Shown piece after piece: positions 1 to 10,761 of a stretch of DNA of 64,000 nt (position 1 is its first letter; the number at the start of each line of letters is the position of its first letter). The translations under genes and the position numbers were made by a program. This DNA is from Eledone cirrhosa. Lineage: Eukaryota. A model generated the notes under the pieces. That model was not told the origin of the DNA and ran no database searches. It saw only the letters and a program-made list of their open reading frames with translations. The stretch is from contig OZ024740.1 of NCBI GenBank assembly GCA_964016885.1, forward strand, positions 360,964,001 through 361,028,000. The letters are read 5' to 3'.

Positions 1-91
1 TGATTTGTTATAATATCAAAACAACTTGACACACACACACGTGTATATGTGTGCGTGTTTGTGTATGTATGTAACTGTATGTATATATATA

Positions 92-173
<82 letters not shown>

Positions 174-814
174 CACACACACATGCACATCAGATATCGG
201 TGTTTAAAGAGAAAGAGAATAGAAATGGTGCTGGCAGAAATGCAGTGAGAAGCAATAGGAGAATATTTTGCAGTGAAGGAATGGAACTGTGTGTGATATT
301 AAGACAAACAACATCAAAAAGCATTTTTGAAAACAAATATTAAACTATTATATAATGTAGTTGTAGTAAAATATATAGTAGCATATGTTTTACATGAAAA
401 AATAAAACTACCTGATACAGACTTCAATGCCCAGAGTGAGATCATTCATTAAAACCTCATTAAGTGCCAGTTACTTGCAATACAAGTTTCACCTAGTGGA
501 TGGTGAAAATGACCAGCATCTAGGTGAAACTTTTTATTCAATTAATTGCCACAGACACACGCGTACATAATTATATACATATTTTTCAAAATGCATGAAG
601 AAATGCATTCCAATCAAAAGTTTACAAGCATGTTGAATAAAATAATGTTTAATGCTATATATATATATATTACTCACACATTCTCTAATGAATTTATTAC
701 GTTTTCGCATTTTCTCATAATTAAGGTATATATGTTAAATTTTCTCTTAGGTTAATCACTACCTTGATTAAATCTTAACCATTTAACATCTCAGGGTATG
801 TCATGTATCATTAT

Positions 815-867
815 ATTTTGTCTGATGAGGACGTACTGTTGTACATCCGAAATATGTATAATAAAAT
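815..867 (+). ncRNA. Minimal type I hammerhead ribozyme motif (Penelope-like pLTR)
   Basis: ATTTTGT-CTGATGA-GGACGTAC(TGTT)GTACATCC-GAAA-TATGTA-TA-ATAAAAT: stem I 7 bp with one G-U, conserved core, stem II with one mismatch, quasi-palindromic stem III. Confidence 0.75.
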
Positions 868-1007
868 GAAATTGATCAAAAGAACACCTATTTTATTAAT
901 ATTTATATTTTAATATTAATAACTCCGGAAAATTATTTTACCGTAGAGTGCTTCCAATCTACTGTAAAACTCATTCTTTGACATAATCATTGAATATTGT
1001 TTAACAC

Positions 1008-1046
<39 letters not shown>

Positions 1047-1068
1047 CATACATACATACATACATACA

Positions 1069-1102
<34 letters not shown>

Positions 1103-1144
1103 CAATATATTAATAAATGGAAACTATATTTATAAAACCAGAAT

Positions 1145-1210
1145 TATTTTATTATATATATTTCAAGGGCAACCAAGGTAGATTATGGTGCGCTTTCATC
1201 AGATAAAATA
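1145..1210 (-). ncRNA. Hammerhead ribozyme motif, left arm of fold-back 1
   Basis: Reverse strand: TATTTTAT-CTGATGA-AAGCGCACC..GGTTGCCCTT-GAAA-TATATA-TA-ATAAAATA. Perfect 8-bp stem I; stem II is irregular and closed by A-U. Confidence 0.6.
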
Positions 1211-1301
1211 CAGATTTGTTTTATTTGCTATCCAGCGAATTTCAACCGTTGAGGTTGTCTTTTTTCCGGGTATGTCAATATTTATTTATAAAACAAATCT
1301 G

Positions 1302-1367
1302 TATTTTATCTGATGAAAGTGCACCATAATCTACCTTGGTTACCCTTGAAATATATATAATAAAATA
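1302..1367 (+). ncRNA. Hammerhead ribozyme motif, right arm of fold-back 1
   Basis: TATTTTAT-CTGATGA-AAGTGCACC..GGTTACCCTT-GAAA-TATATA-TA-ATAAAATA. Confidence 0.6.
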
Positions 1368-1701
1368 ATTATGGTTTTATAAATATAGTTTCCATTTATT
1401 AATATATTGTATATATACTCCACTAACTTGTTGAGTGCTTTATATCAGTTATAAAAATTTTTAAGCTTGTTGAATCCCAACAAATTAAATATAACCTCTG
1501 CATACATCATCATTCATCATTGCATTTTACGTCCGCTTTTTCCCTGCTTGCAAGGGTGGGACGGGAACTGATGCTGGCTTGATTTCTACAGCTGGATGCC
1601 CTTCCTAACACCAACCTCATTTACAGTGAGTGCTGGGTGCTTTTTTGCCGTGGCACCTCCACGACCACTTTGCAGTGGAATGATATGGACCCCAGTCCCT
1701 A

Positions 1702-1849
1702 TCATCTCATTTCTACAGCTGAGTAAACTGGAGCAATGTGAAATAAAGTGTCTTGCTCAAGGAAACAACACATCACCCGGTCTGAGGATTGAACTCACAA
1801 TCTTTTGATTGCAAGGCCAATGCTCTAACCACTAAGCCATGTGCCTCCA
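1702..1849 (-). mobile_element. tRNA-derived SINE head with CORE-like segment
   Basis: Reverse strand has A-box TGGCTTAGTGG and B-box GAGTTCAATCC, followed by ccttgagcaagacactttatttcac. Same family as 16857 and 60359. Confidence 0.75.
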
Positions 1850-1940
1850 ACTGTCATATATATATATATATATATGACAGTTGATCGACTTTTGTCAAAT
1901 CGAACCAAGGAAACAATGTATCCATTGGTCTTTCCAATTG

Positions 1941-1983
<43 letters not shown>

Positions 1984-2132
1984 ATACTTTGGGAGGGTCA
2001 TGTTGCCAATAAGAAACACACGCACCAGTTGCTTTCACTTCAATTTATTATATATTTATAAATTTACAAATCTACAAACTTATAAATTTCTGGTTAGTTG
2101 GTTGGTTCCACAACCAGATAGTTGTTTATATA

Positions 2133-2179
2133 TAGTCAGAGTCCTTTCGTCACACACTCTGTGACCTCTTCAGTGACTG
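2133..2179 (-). ncRNA. Hammerhead ribozyme motif, left arm of fold-back 2
   Basis: Reverse strand: AGTCA-CTGAAGA-G-GTCACA(GAGTG)TGTGAC-GAAA-GGAC-TC-TGACT. Confidence 0.78.
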
Positions 2180-2285
2180 GGGATTCCTTTCTTTGTTTCT
2201 GTGCCTTTCCTTTCTTCTATCCTACGCCAGAAAAATGGCGTAGGATAGCAGAAAGGAAAGGCACAGAAACAAAGAAAGGAATCCC

Positions 2286-2332
2286 TAGTCACTGAAGAGG
2301 TCACAGAGTGTGTGACGAAAGGACTATGACTA
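2286..2332 (+). ncRNA. Hammerhead ribozyme motif, right arm of fold-back 2
   Basis: TAGTCA-CTGAAGA-G-GTCACA(GAGTG)TGTGAC-GAAA-GGAC-TA-TGACTA: 6-bp stem I and 6-bp stem II. Confidence 0.78.
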
Positions 2333-2788
2333 TATATAAACAACTATCTGGTTGTGGAACCAACCAACTAACCAGAAATTTATAAGTTTGTAGATTTGTA
2401 AATTTATAAATTTATAAATATATAATAAATTGAAGTGAAAGCAACTGGTGCGTGTGTTTCTTATTGGCAACATGACCCTCCCAAAGTATAACAATATCGG
2501 TTTCAACACACGATTTCAGATAAAGAATCTTGCTAAACAAATTCAGAAACGAAATATATATATATATATATATTATGTACGTATAGGAAGGTGTAGAGAA
2601 TGATGTACTGTAGAAATATAGACAGCAGATCCTACAAGACATTTTATACTTAGTTCGAAAATATTCCAGTAACATTACTAATTGAATAATATGTATAAGG
2701 ATGACAAATATCAGATACGGTATAGACGTTTGTACATGTATGTAGATAGATATAGAGAAACAGTGAGAGGTATATATATATACACACA

Positions 2789-2865
2789 CAGCGTGTCCCA
2801 AAACATGTATACATACTTCAACAGCATTCTAATAAATATGTGTATACATTTTGAGGGACACCCTG
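2789..2865. mobile_element. 77-bp Tc1/mariner-type MITE
   Basis: Terminal inverted repeats CAGCGTGTCCCAAAACATGTATACA ... TGTATACATTTTGAGGGACACCCTG. A solo matching TIR occurs near 25555-25586. Confidence 0.65.
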
Positions 2866-3078
2866 TGTGTGTGTGTGTATATATATATATAGATAGAGAG
2901 AGAGAAGGGGGATTCAAACAGATAGTTACAAAGAGATAGTAAGTGAAGGAGAATGTTTAAGATTGTATGAGAAAGTGAAATTGAAAAAGGAAAATTTAGA
3001 TTTTATTGACTGTTTTCTGTTTATATGGAAGAATAATAAGATTTATTGTATATAAAAGTTGTTAACAGAAATACTCAC

Positions 3079-3195
3079 TATCCTATTTTGAGTTTCGTCT
3101 TCCAGACGTTTCTTGGCCTCGGCAACTAGACTATCGAGACCAGCTCGGGATGTTTGGTATGTCTCTCGTTCAATATCGATGTCTTGTTTTGTCAG
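3079..3195 (-). CDS. RUFY2: RUFY2-like exon (coiled coil), 117 nt, phase 0-0
   Basis: LTKQDIDIERETYQTSRAGLDSLVAEAKKRLEDETQNRI (family TYxxSRxGLD). Acceptor gtttgcag, donor gtgagt. The gene continues beyond the left edge. Confidence 0.9.
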
Positions 3196-3905
3196 CTGCA
3201 AACAATAATGGTCACAATCCAAAAGTGAACATTAGAAATCCACATCTGGGGTGGCGCCAGATTTGGATGAAGAACGAAAACAAAACAAAATTACATTTCC
3301 TGTAATGATGGCATAGCACTGATTCCAATCAAAATTCTTTCCTTCCTCTGCCCACCAATCATAGCAAAAAAAAGAAGAAAAAAGAAAGGAGCCAGTTGTT
3401 AGATCACACCAAGGAATCAATGTTTCCATTGGTTTTTCCACTCCTGATACTGTCTGCTGGTTGCTACTACTAGCAGAAGAAAAGAGCCAATCATTAGATC
3501 AGACCAAGGAATGAATGTTCCCATTGGTCTGATCTGCTGGTTGCGTTATTGGTAGAAGAAAAAAGCCAATAGTTAGATCAGACCAAGAAAACAATGTTTT
3601 TGTTGGTCTTCATTGTTAATACTGTCTGCCAGCTGTAACTCTTGGCAGACGGAGCAATGTAAAATGAAGTATTTTGCTCAAGAATACAATGCACTGCCCA
3701 GTAAAAGAACCAAACCCACAACCTTATGATTGTGAGTACAATGCCCTAAACACTAGGCCACATGCCTTAACAAATCATTGATAAATATCTTGATTGATTA
3801 CATGCCCACAATGAAGATATTCTTGCTCTATATGTATCATTGGAACAAGGAATAAAAGGTAAATTTAAGTTAAAACATATTCCACACTCTACACACTTTA
3901 TAAAT

Positions 3906-3947
<42 letters not shown>

Positions 3948-5415
3948 CAGTCTGTCTATTTCTGTCTCTTTCTAACATACACAAACACAAGCATCTTCAT
4001 GTTTCAGTATGATGTTCTTTGTCAGAGTTAATGAGATTTGCTGTTGCACTTGATGTTGCTGGTGTTGATGATAATGTTGATAGTGATGTTGATATGACAT
4101 GGGTGTCATCAATGATGATAATGATATGGGTAATGATGGTGATTAAGACAATAATGATGACCAGTAGCACAGTTTCCTTTTACAAGAATAAGACATGAAG
4201 CATTCATAGTAGCCAAGCGATCCTTTAGAAACATTGCAGTTTCCAACACTACTGATGGTTCAAACTTCAGTGTCATTTAAAACTGTCTGATTTTCTATCA
4301 TACAGTAGTAATTTAGGTGACTAAAAGGGTTGATGCTATGAAGGGCATCCAACTGTAAAACATTACCTCAAAAAGAACCCCACAATCAAAATGAAGTCTG
4401 TTATTGGTTCTGCAAAACTAACTCCTGCTTTAACAGAGAAAATAGCCTTAAAATATTAAAATACTTTATGAATGATCTTAGTTTTTATTTATTTATTTAT
4501 GCAACTCTTTTAATGCCAACCCAATCCAACCTAGCTCTGGTTCTATCAAACAAAATCATCCATTTTAAAGGGTTCCTATATAAATTAAAGTCTTCCAACA
4601 TAATTTTATGTAAGAACCATATGTTAAATTACTACCTTAGTAATGAAACCAACAATTTTAGTAAATCGCTCAAAATATTTCATGAATTAATTCAAATGAA
4701 ATGTATTTCATTAAGATGTAGTCTCGAAAGAATTAAATAAATTGTCATTTTTTATGCTATTTTAATCAAATGTGACTTCATTTCCTGAATTCAATTTAAA
4801 TTAAATATTTCCCAACATAATTTTATAAAGAAACCATATGTTAATTTACCATCTTAGTAATGAAATAATTAACAATTTTGGTAAATCATTCAAAATTCTT
4901 CATTAATTGAAATGGAGTGTGTTTCATTTAAAAAGATAGTCATGAAAGGGTTAGAACTGTTGTCTTTAGGCTAACAAACATGCCAAGGTATCATAAACCC
5001 TTTCAACTAAAACAAAAGTTAAATTTAGTCATTGAGAGGTCTCCCCCCCCCCCCTCCAACTTACATATACTTTACACTTATCTATTATCAATTATATAAT
5101 ATAAAAGAGAGATGTTTTTTGGTTGGTTAGTTGGTTGGTTGGTGTCTTCACGCATTACATAAAAACAAAAACTGACAATCAGAAAGTAAGTATAAGGAAC
5201 AAGGATATATACCCAGGAAAGTTTATTGATACTCATTTTATAAAATCAAAAAAGAAAAACATCCCGGGTATGCTAACCAACCTGACTTCTCTTTCTAGCA
5301 AGTTGGGAGACAACCGTAGGGGATTCTCTCTGTGTTGTCAGTGATACACGTGTTTCATGGCTAGCGTCTTCATAGCTTTGAATGCTGGTTTTCACACATA
5401 TTTATATTATATATA

Positions 5416-5921
5416 TCTATATATAATATAAAAGATTAGAATTCCCATCATCCTTTTGAGAAACCTGAACCAGCCATGTCTATGCAATGGCACATACTTA
5501 ACAGTCAGGTGGATGATGAACCATCTCCTAGAGGTCACTTTTCTTGGAGGCAATCATCAAGGAGAAAATACATTTATTCTCAAGATTCCGCTCATCCTTT
5601 TCTCTACCGAGCTGCCATTCAAATTCTCAAGACTTCATTTCTCTGTTAAAGTCAGTTTTGCTATGACCATAAATAAAGCTCAGGCTCAGAGTCTCAAAGT
5701 TGTAGGATTGAATATGAGAGAATTGGTTTTTACCCATGGACAGTTATATGTAGGTTGTTCATGATTGGGAACACCTAGAAATCTTCATATACTATGCACA
5801 AATGGTAAAATGAAGAATCTAGTGTACCTGGAAGATTTTTTACTTTTCTTTTTGTCACCAATAGTCGTTTTATCTTCTCCTATCCTCTGTTGACCCGGGT
5901 GAAGCTGGGAATTTCAGCTAG
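5416..5921 (+). mobile_element. Internally deleted Helitron retaining the C-terminus of its PIF1-like helicase
   Basis: 5' A|TCTATATATAAT. Decayed LRNL..LCNGT..PFKFSR..FAMTINKAQAQSL..VFTHGQLYVGCS. 3' hairpin CCCGGGTGAAGCTGGG, then CTAG|T. Confidence 0.88.
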
Positions 5922-6239
5922 TTGTTTATAAATTTTGTTTTAATCAATAATATTACACAAACGTCTAACCCATGCTAGCGTGGAAGAACGGACGTAAAAC
6001 GGTGATGATGATGATGATGATGAAACGGTTTTTTTTATTTTATATATTTTTCTTCCAAATACCTGCTTAAAATACATTTTCTACTATCTTAAACATATTG
6101 TCTGCTATCTTACATAAACTGGCTGCAATCTTAAAAACATATGTAGTGTGTAGTGGGATAACGGGTAGACTAACAGGAAAGGAAGATTTTGTATGTAGAC
6201 ATGCAGAGGAGTAATCGAGGGAAAGAGCATCAATGATAT

Positions 6240-6515
6240 AAACCTCAAGTCACAGGAATGATCCATATAAGTGGTTGATAGCTTCTGCTTTGTAAGTGAC
6301 TTAATTAGCAGCAGAGGAGGGTGCTCTGAGAGCAAAATAGCTAGAATAAGGATAGAATGAAAAAAGTTTAGAGAGCTACTCCCACTGTTGACAACAAAAG
6401 ATTTCTCCCTCCATACAAAAGGATGACTGTATGATGCCTGTATACGAAGTGTAATACTGCATGGTAGTAAAACATGGTCATTGACTACAGAAGATATGCA
6501 TAGACTGAAGAGAAA
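6240..6515 (+). mobile_element. Degraded RTE-clade LINE RT fragment
   Basis: Reads approximately VVDSFC..SDLISSRGGCSESKIARIRI..KKFRELLPLL..LYDACIRSVILHGSKTW; same family as 14881-16549. Confidence 0.8.
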
Positions 6516-6939
6516 GGCAGAGCTTGGATGAATTACTACTACTACTACTGATGATGATAATGGTGGTGGTGATGTTGATCATGGTGATGAAGGTAACGAT
6601 GATGATAATTTCTTAAACACAACCCATGCAAGCATGGAAAATGGACACTAATCAATGATGATGATGAAAATGATGATATTGTCTGCTATTTGACTATATT
6701 TACCAGGTATAACTACAGTTTGCTGCCTCCTGCAACTTGGTACCTACATAACTTTGCCAATAATGTATATTTTTAATGTATATTTTGCAGAGATACATTT
6801 TTTAAAGTATAGACTAAAATTATGGTAATGATTTTTAAAAGAATATAATTTTCCTTATTTTTTCTTTTTTTATTCGCAATTCATAGTTATAGAAATGACA
6901 TTATGTTTCAGTATAAAATATATGACATTATCTTCATTG

Positions 6940-8045
6940 AAGTGTAAAACTGCCAGTGTCATTCCTCTGTTCAAAAAGGGTGACCGCACATCACCTGTGA
7001 ACTATCGTCCAGTCAGTCTTACTAGCTGTATTGCCAAACTGATGGAATCCTGTATCAGAAAAACGCTTTGGAACTTGTGGAACTCTCAGTCTTATCCGGC
7101 CCTCGCAATTTGGATTTATCCCTAACTCCAGCTGCTGTGATCAGCTTATCGAGTTTCTTGAAGACATCACCCGGATCACTGATGGCGGCTCATGGGTGGA
7201 TGTTGTTTACCTTGACTTTGCTAAAACTTTCAATTCTGTGCCACACAAAAGATTTATGGCAAAACTCTCTGCAATGGGTGTGAAGGATGATCTTTTTAAC
7301 TGGTTGAAGTCCTTCATTCTCAGTCAAAGAGAGGTAGTCACGGTTCTAGGACAGCATTCCTCACCATATGAGATGTCATCTGGTGTACCACAGGGATCTG
7401 TCCTTGGCCCCCTTTTGTTTGTGGCATATATTAATGACATAGATGCCAACTTAAAGAATGCCACAGTACTGAAATATGCAGATGACATCAAGCTGTACCT
7501 TGAGATAAAAAGGACAGATCCTGAACACTATAGATCTTGCCTGCAATCTGACCTGGACACAATGGATCACACACTGGCAACTCAAGCTAGCTGTGGACAA
7601 GTGTACCACCATGCATTTTGGGAGTAAAAACCCAGCGTCCACATACTCCCTCCACAACACTAATATCAAGAAGTCTTCTTGTGAACGTGACCTGGGTACC
7701 TTTTTGATTTCCATGTGTCTAACACACGTGGGCATGCCAACAAAGTCAGAAAACAGCACAGCTCCCATGACTTTCAGAAACATTTTTTCACGCTCAGAGT
7801 TGCTGAAGCATGGAACAAACTACTTGCATCAGTTATTAGCTGTCGAGACACTGCATCCTTTAAAACCTCCATGCTTCCTGAGATTCACCAACACTACACC
7901 TAATATTCTCCCTCCATACACACATGTATATCATGACTCATACACTATTCCCTTCCCTGACACTTGTATATTATTCTATGTACTATACATGCACCTTTGA
8001 CGAGTTGTAGTGCACCTGAGCACTGTACACAATAATTTCATTATT
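6940..8045 (+). mobile_element. 5'-truncated CR1-group LINE (RT and 3' UTR), frameshifted
   Basis: VIPLFKKGDR..NYRPVSLTSCIAKLME, DVVYLDFAK, SGVPQGSVLGPLLF, YADDIKLY, RKHFFTLRVAEAWNKL; short ATT tail. Confidence 0.92.
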
Positions 8046-8391
8046 GTACAAACAATAATGAAATATCTTTTTAAAATAATTTTTCCTCAATTTGACATTA
8101 ACTCAAAAGCTCAAAGTGTTTCAAAATATTTGTTCCAACTATATGCTAAGATCCCATTTTCTCTCGACTTGATCTTAAATGAAAAGGCTATGTTTAACCT
8201 GAGGTTATAGAAAAAGACATTTTCCGCAAGATGGCTTGCAGTAAGATTGGACTCTGGATCTGATAATTGCAAAGTGGACTTCTTATCCACTCAACCATAT
8301 AAACACCCCAGGATATATATATTGATGTGTGCTCTAGCTTAAAGGCTTACAATACTTTGTTACAACAATGACTTGACAACAAGGTGACAAC

Positions 8392-8445
<54 letters not shown>

Positions 8446-8571
8446 ATAGTGTGAATGTGATTGAAAGAATGAGAGAAAGAGCACATCAAACACAACAGAT
8501 AGACAACAGTCAGAAAGACAGACATTAGCAAACGATCTGCTAAATACAACAAGCGTGGTAGTGGTACTTAC

Positions 8572-8743
8572 CTCAAGTTTTCGTTTGTGATCATTTAAAA
8601 GAATATCTTTTTCTTTTTTAATCAGACCATTTTCTTCCTGTAGAGTTAAGATAGTGTTTTTGGTTATTGCTAAATCTTCCTTCATAAGAGCATTTGTGGT
8701 CTGCACACTCTCCAGTTTCTGCTGTAGATTGGTCACTGTGGCG
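8572..8743 (-). CDS. RUFY2: RUFY2-like exon (coiled coil), 172 nt
   Basis: ATVTNLQQKLESVQTTNALMKEDLAITKNTILTLQEENGLIKKEKDILLNDHKRKLE. Acceptor gtttatag, donor gtaagt. Confidence 0.92.
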
Positions 8744-9738
8744 CTATAAACAAAATAGACAGACAGAAGCAATGAATAATTAATGATTACTTTATTTATA
8801 TAATTAGAAACCTCCTTAATCATAACTGAACATAGAGCAGTCAGCATGTCATATATCAAGGTATGACAAGGGACATAACTCTGCTTGTCTAAGACTGAAA
8901 TAGGATCATTAGGTGCTGCCGTTTGGTTACAACCTATTTGGCCTGACCATTTGGGTGCCAGACCAATTCGGTGATTGCTTTTACGATGACAAACAATTTG
9001 GCAATGAAGACAAACACACACACATATACGAATGGAATGAACCTCCATCTGTTTAAATCAATAAGTGCTTCAGTTCTTTAATCAACAGAAGAGTCTGCTT
9101 ATGAAATTAACATGAAAGTGGCTGAGTATTCCATAGACACATGTACCCCAAATGTAAGTCTCAATAACAAGGCTGTCCACTTGAATTATAGCTCCAGTCC
9201 CTCGGATTGGGTTCTAGACAGTTTCCATCTCCCCAATTTTACATAAAAGGCTAGCGTCAACTCAAGGGCATAATAAATAACATTTACGCAAGATGCAACG
9301 CAATGTTATCAAACCCAGAACATTATGATGGTGAAGTGAACCTCTTAAACAGATGAAAGAATGTGCATGATCTACCTTATCCTTGAGCCATATGGTATTG
9401 AGTTAGGCGATTGGTTTATGTCTGGCTTGGGTTTGAGATTGGCTTTGATTTTCTGGATGTATTTATTTAATTAGTGGTTATGGCAACTGTCGGTCTTAGT
9501 TGTATACATACATACTTATAAATATATATACATACATACTTATAAATATATATATATATATACATATGCACACACATATATAATCTAACTAGGGTCATTA
9601 CAGTTATAACACCCAAGAACCCTCCAATGAGATGGAACATCATAGGAGGTGGGCTAAACCTATGTGTAAGCCAAAACAACAATGTACCAAGATTGGTATA
9701 TATATAAAAAGAATAAGTATTCAAGGTTTTGTTTTTAC

Positions 9739-9813
9739 TTCAAATGTCGATTCAGCTCTTCCAGATAGTTCTTCTGGTCAAGAATGGTGGCCATCTTGGA
9801 TTTTCCTTCGGCA
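9739..9813 (-). CDS. RUFY2: RUFY2-like exon, 75 nt, phase 2-2
   Basis: (S)AEGKSKMATILDQKNYLEELNRHL(N) (family motif LDQKNYxEELNR). Acceptor gtcttccag, donor gtaaaa. This minus-strand frame is not in the ORF track. Confidence 0.92.
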
Positions 9814-10690
9814 CTGGAAGACAAAAAGATGCAACTTTTCATAGACTGTACAGAATATACCAGAAATGCTTAAACTTAACCTTTCCATTGCTGTATTTAT
9901 AATGAAAAACACTATTTCAATAAATTAATAAGAAATTTAGAAAGATTTACTCAAATTATTAATTATTTCATTATTAAGATGTCTGTAAGATAACATGATG
10001 TTTGCAAAAAATTGTCTTGAAAGGTTTTTAAATAGGATCCCTTTACAATGAGTGATTTTGTTGCATAGAACTGGAAGCAGTTTTAGCTGGGATAAAAATC
10101 TCATAAATCTGGATGAACAGAATCTTAGTTATTATGAAAAGTGGGTCAATTAAAAGTTGGACATGCAGAACACATAATCAATATCATGCTAATTTTGTGT
10201 CCTTTTCTATACTGGTATAGATTGGATGGGATATTAAAGATTAAGTTAGTACTTAATCAGAACAACTGTTTCCAGCAACAGGGAGTGGAGGAGATTTTTG
10301 TGATGGAGTGCCACTCTATCTGTCACAGTTATTTAATGCAACATGGAAACCAGAATAAGATTCAGACTGGTGAGCTTCTGGTCTTGAGAAAGGCATGTTT
10401 TTTTAACAATAAAATACCAGCTCAGTCTGTAAAGTAGTAGTACTGGTGCTACAACAAAATACACCCAGTCTACTTTGTAAAGTAGTAGTATTAGTATTAC
10501 AATAAAATGCACCTAGTACAAGCTATAAAGTGGTTATGTTAAGAAGGGCATGCAACTGTAGAAACTAAACCTCAAATGGAATTTGTGAGCAGACATCACG
10601 ACCTGTCTAGTCTCAGAAATGTGAACACCCATCCAACCCTGGAAAACAGACATAAATCAATGATTGTGATAATGATGAGAAAATAGTTAC

Positions 10691-10761
10691 CTCTCGGAAT
10701 CAGGAGTATCCATTGGTACCTTGTTGTCTCTGAGATAAAGGCTGAAATCTATAACACCCAT
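10691..10761 (-). CDS. RUFY2: RUFY2-like exon, 71 nt
   Basis: MGVIDFSLYLRDNKVPMDTPDSE (family motif GVIDFSxYL). Acceptor atttccag, donor gtaact. Phase 0 in, phase 2 out. Confidence 0.9.

Larger units (their letters stand above)
1096..1416. repeat. Inverted repeat, ~128-bp arms with ~63-bp spacer (inverted Penelope-like pLTR)
   Basis: 1096-1224 is the reverse complement of 1288-1416 with about 3 mismatches by eye. The left side abuts (TA)n/(TACA)n. Confidence 0.9.
1976..2497. repeat. Near-perfect palindrome, ~255-bp arms with 6-nt loop (inverted Penelope-like pLTR)
   Basis: Centre is cctacgcca-gaaaaa-tggcgtagg. Arms 1976-2229 and 2236-2497 differ by a few substitutions and one 8-bp duplication. 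(TA)n lies on both sides. Confidence 0.95.

Noticed and set aside
485-532. Short hairpin AAGTTTCACCTAG..CTAGGTGAAACTT
   Set aside because: 13-bp arms with no ribozyme core; most likely a small transposon remnant (a similar word occurs near 44680).
5456-5764. Host PIF1 helicase gene
   Set aside because: Fragmentary with a stop codon and enclosed by Helitron termini.
8347-9048. 233-aa minus-strand ORF as a standalone gene
   Set aside because: Only 8572-8743 is RUFY-like and bounded by splice sites; the rest is intron read-through including (TA)n.
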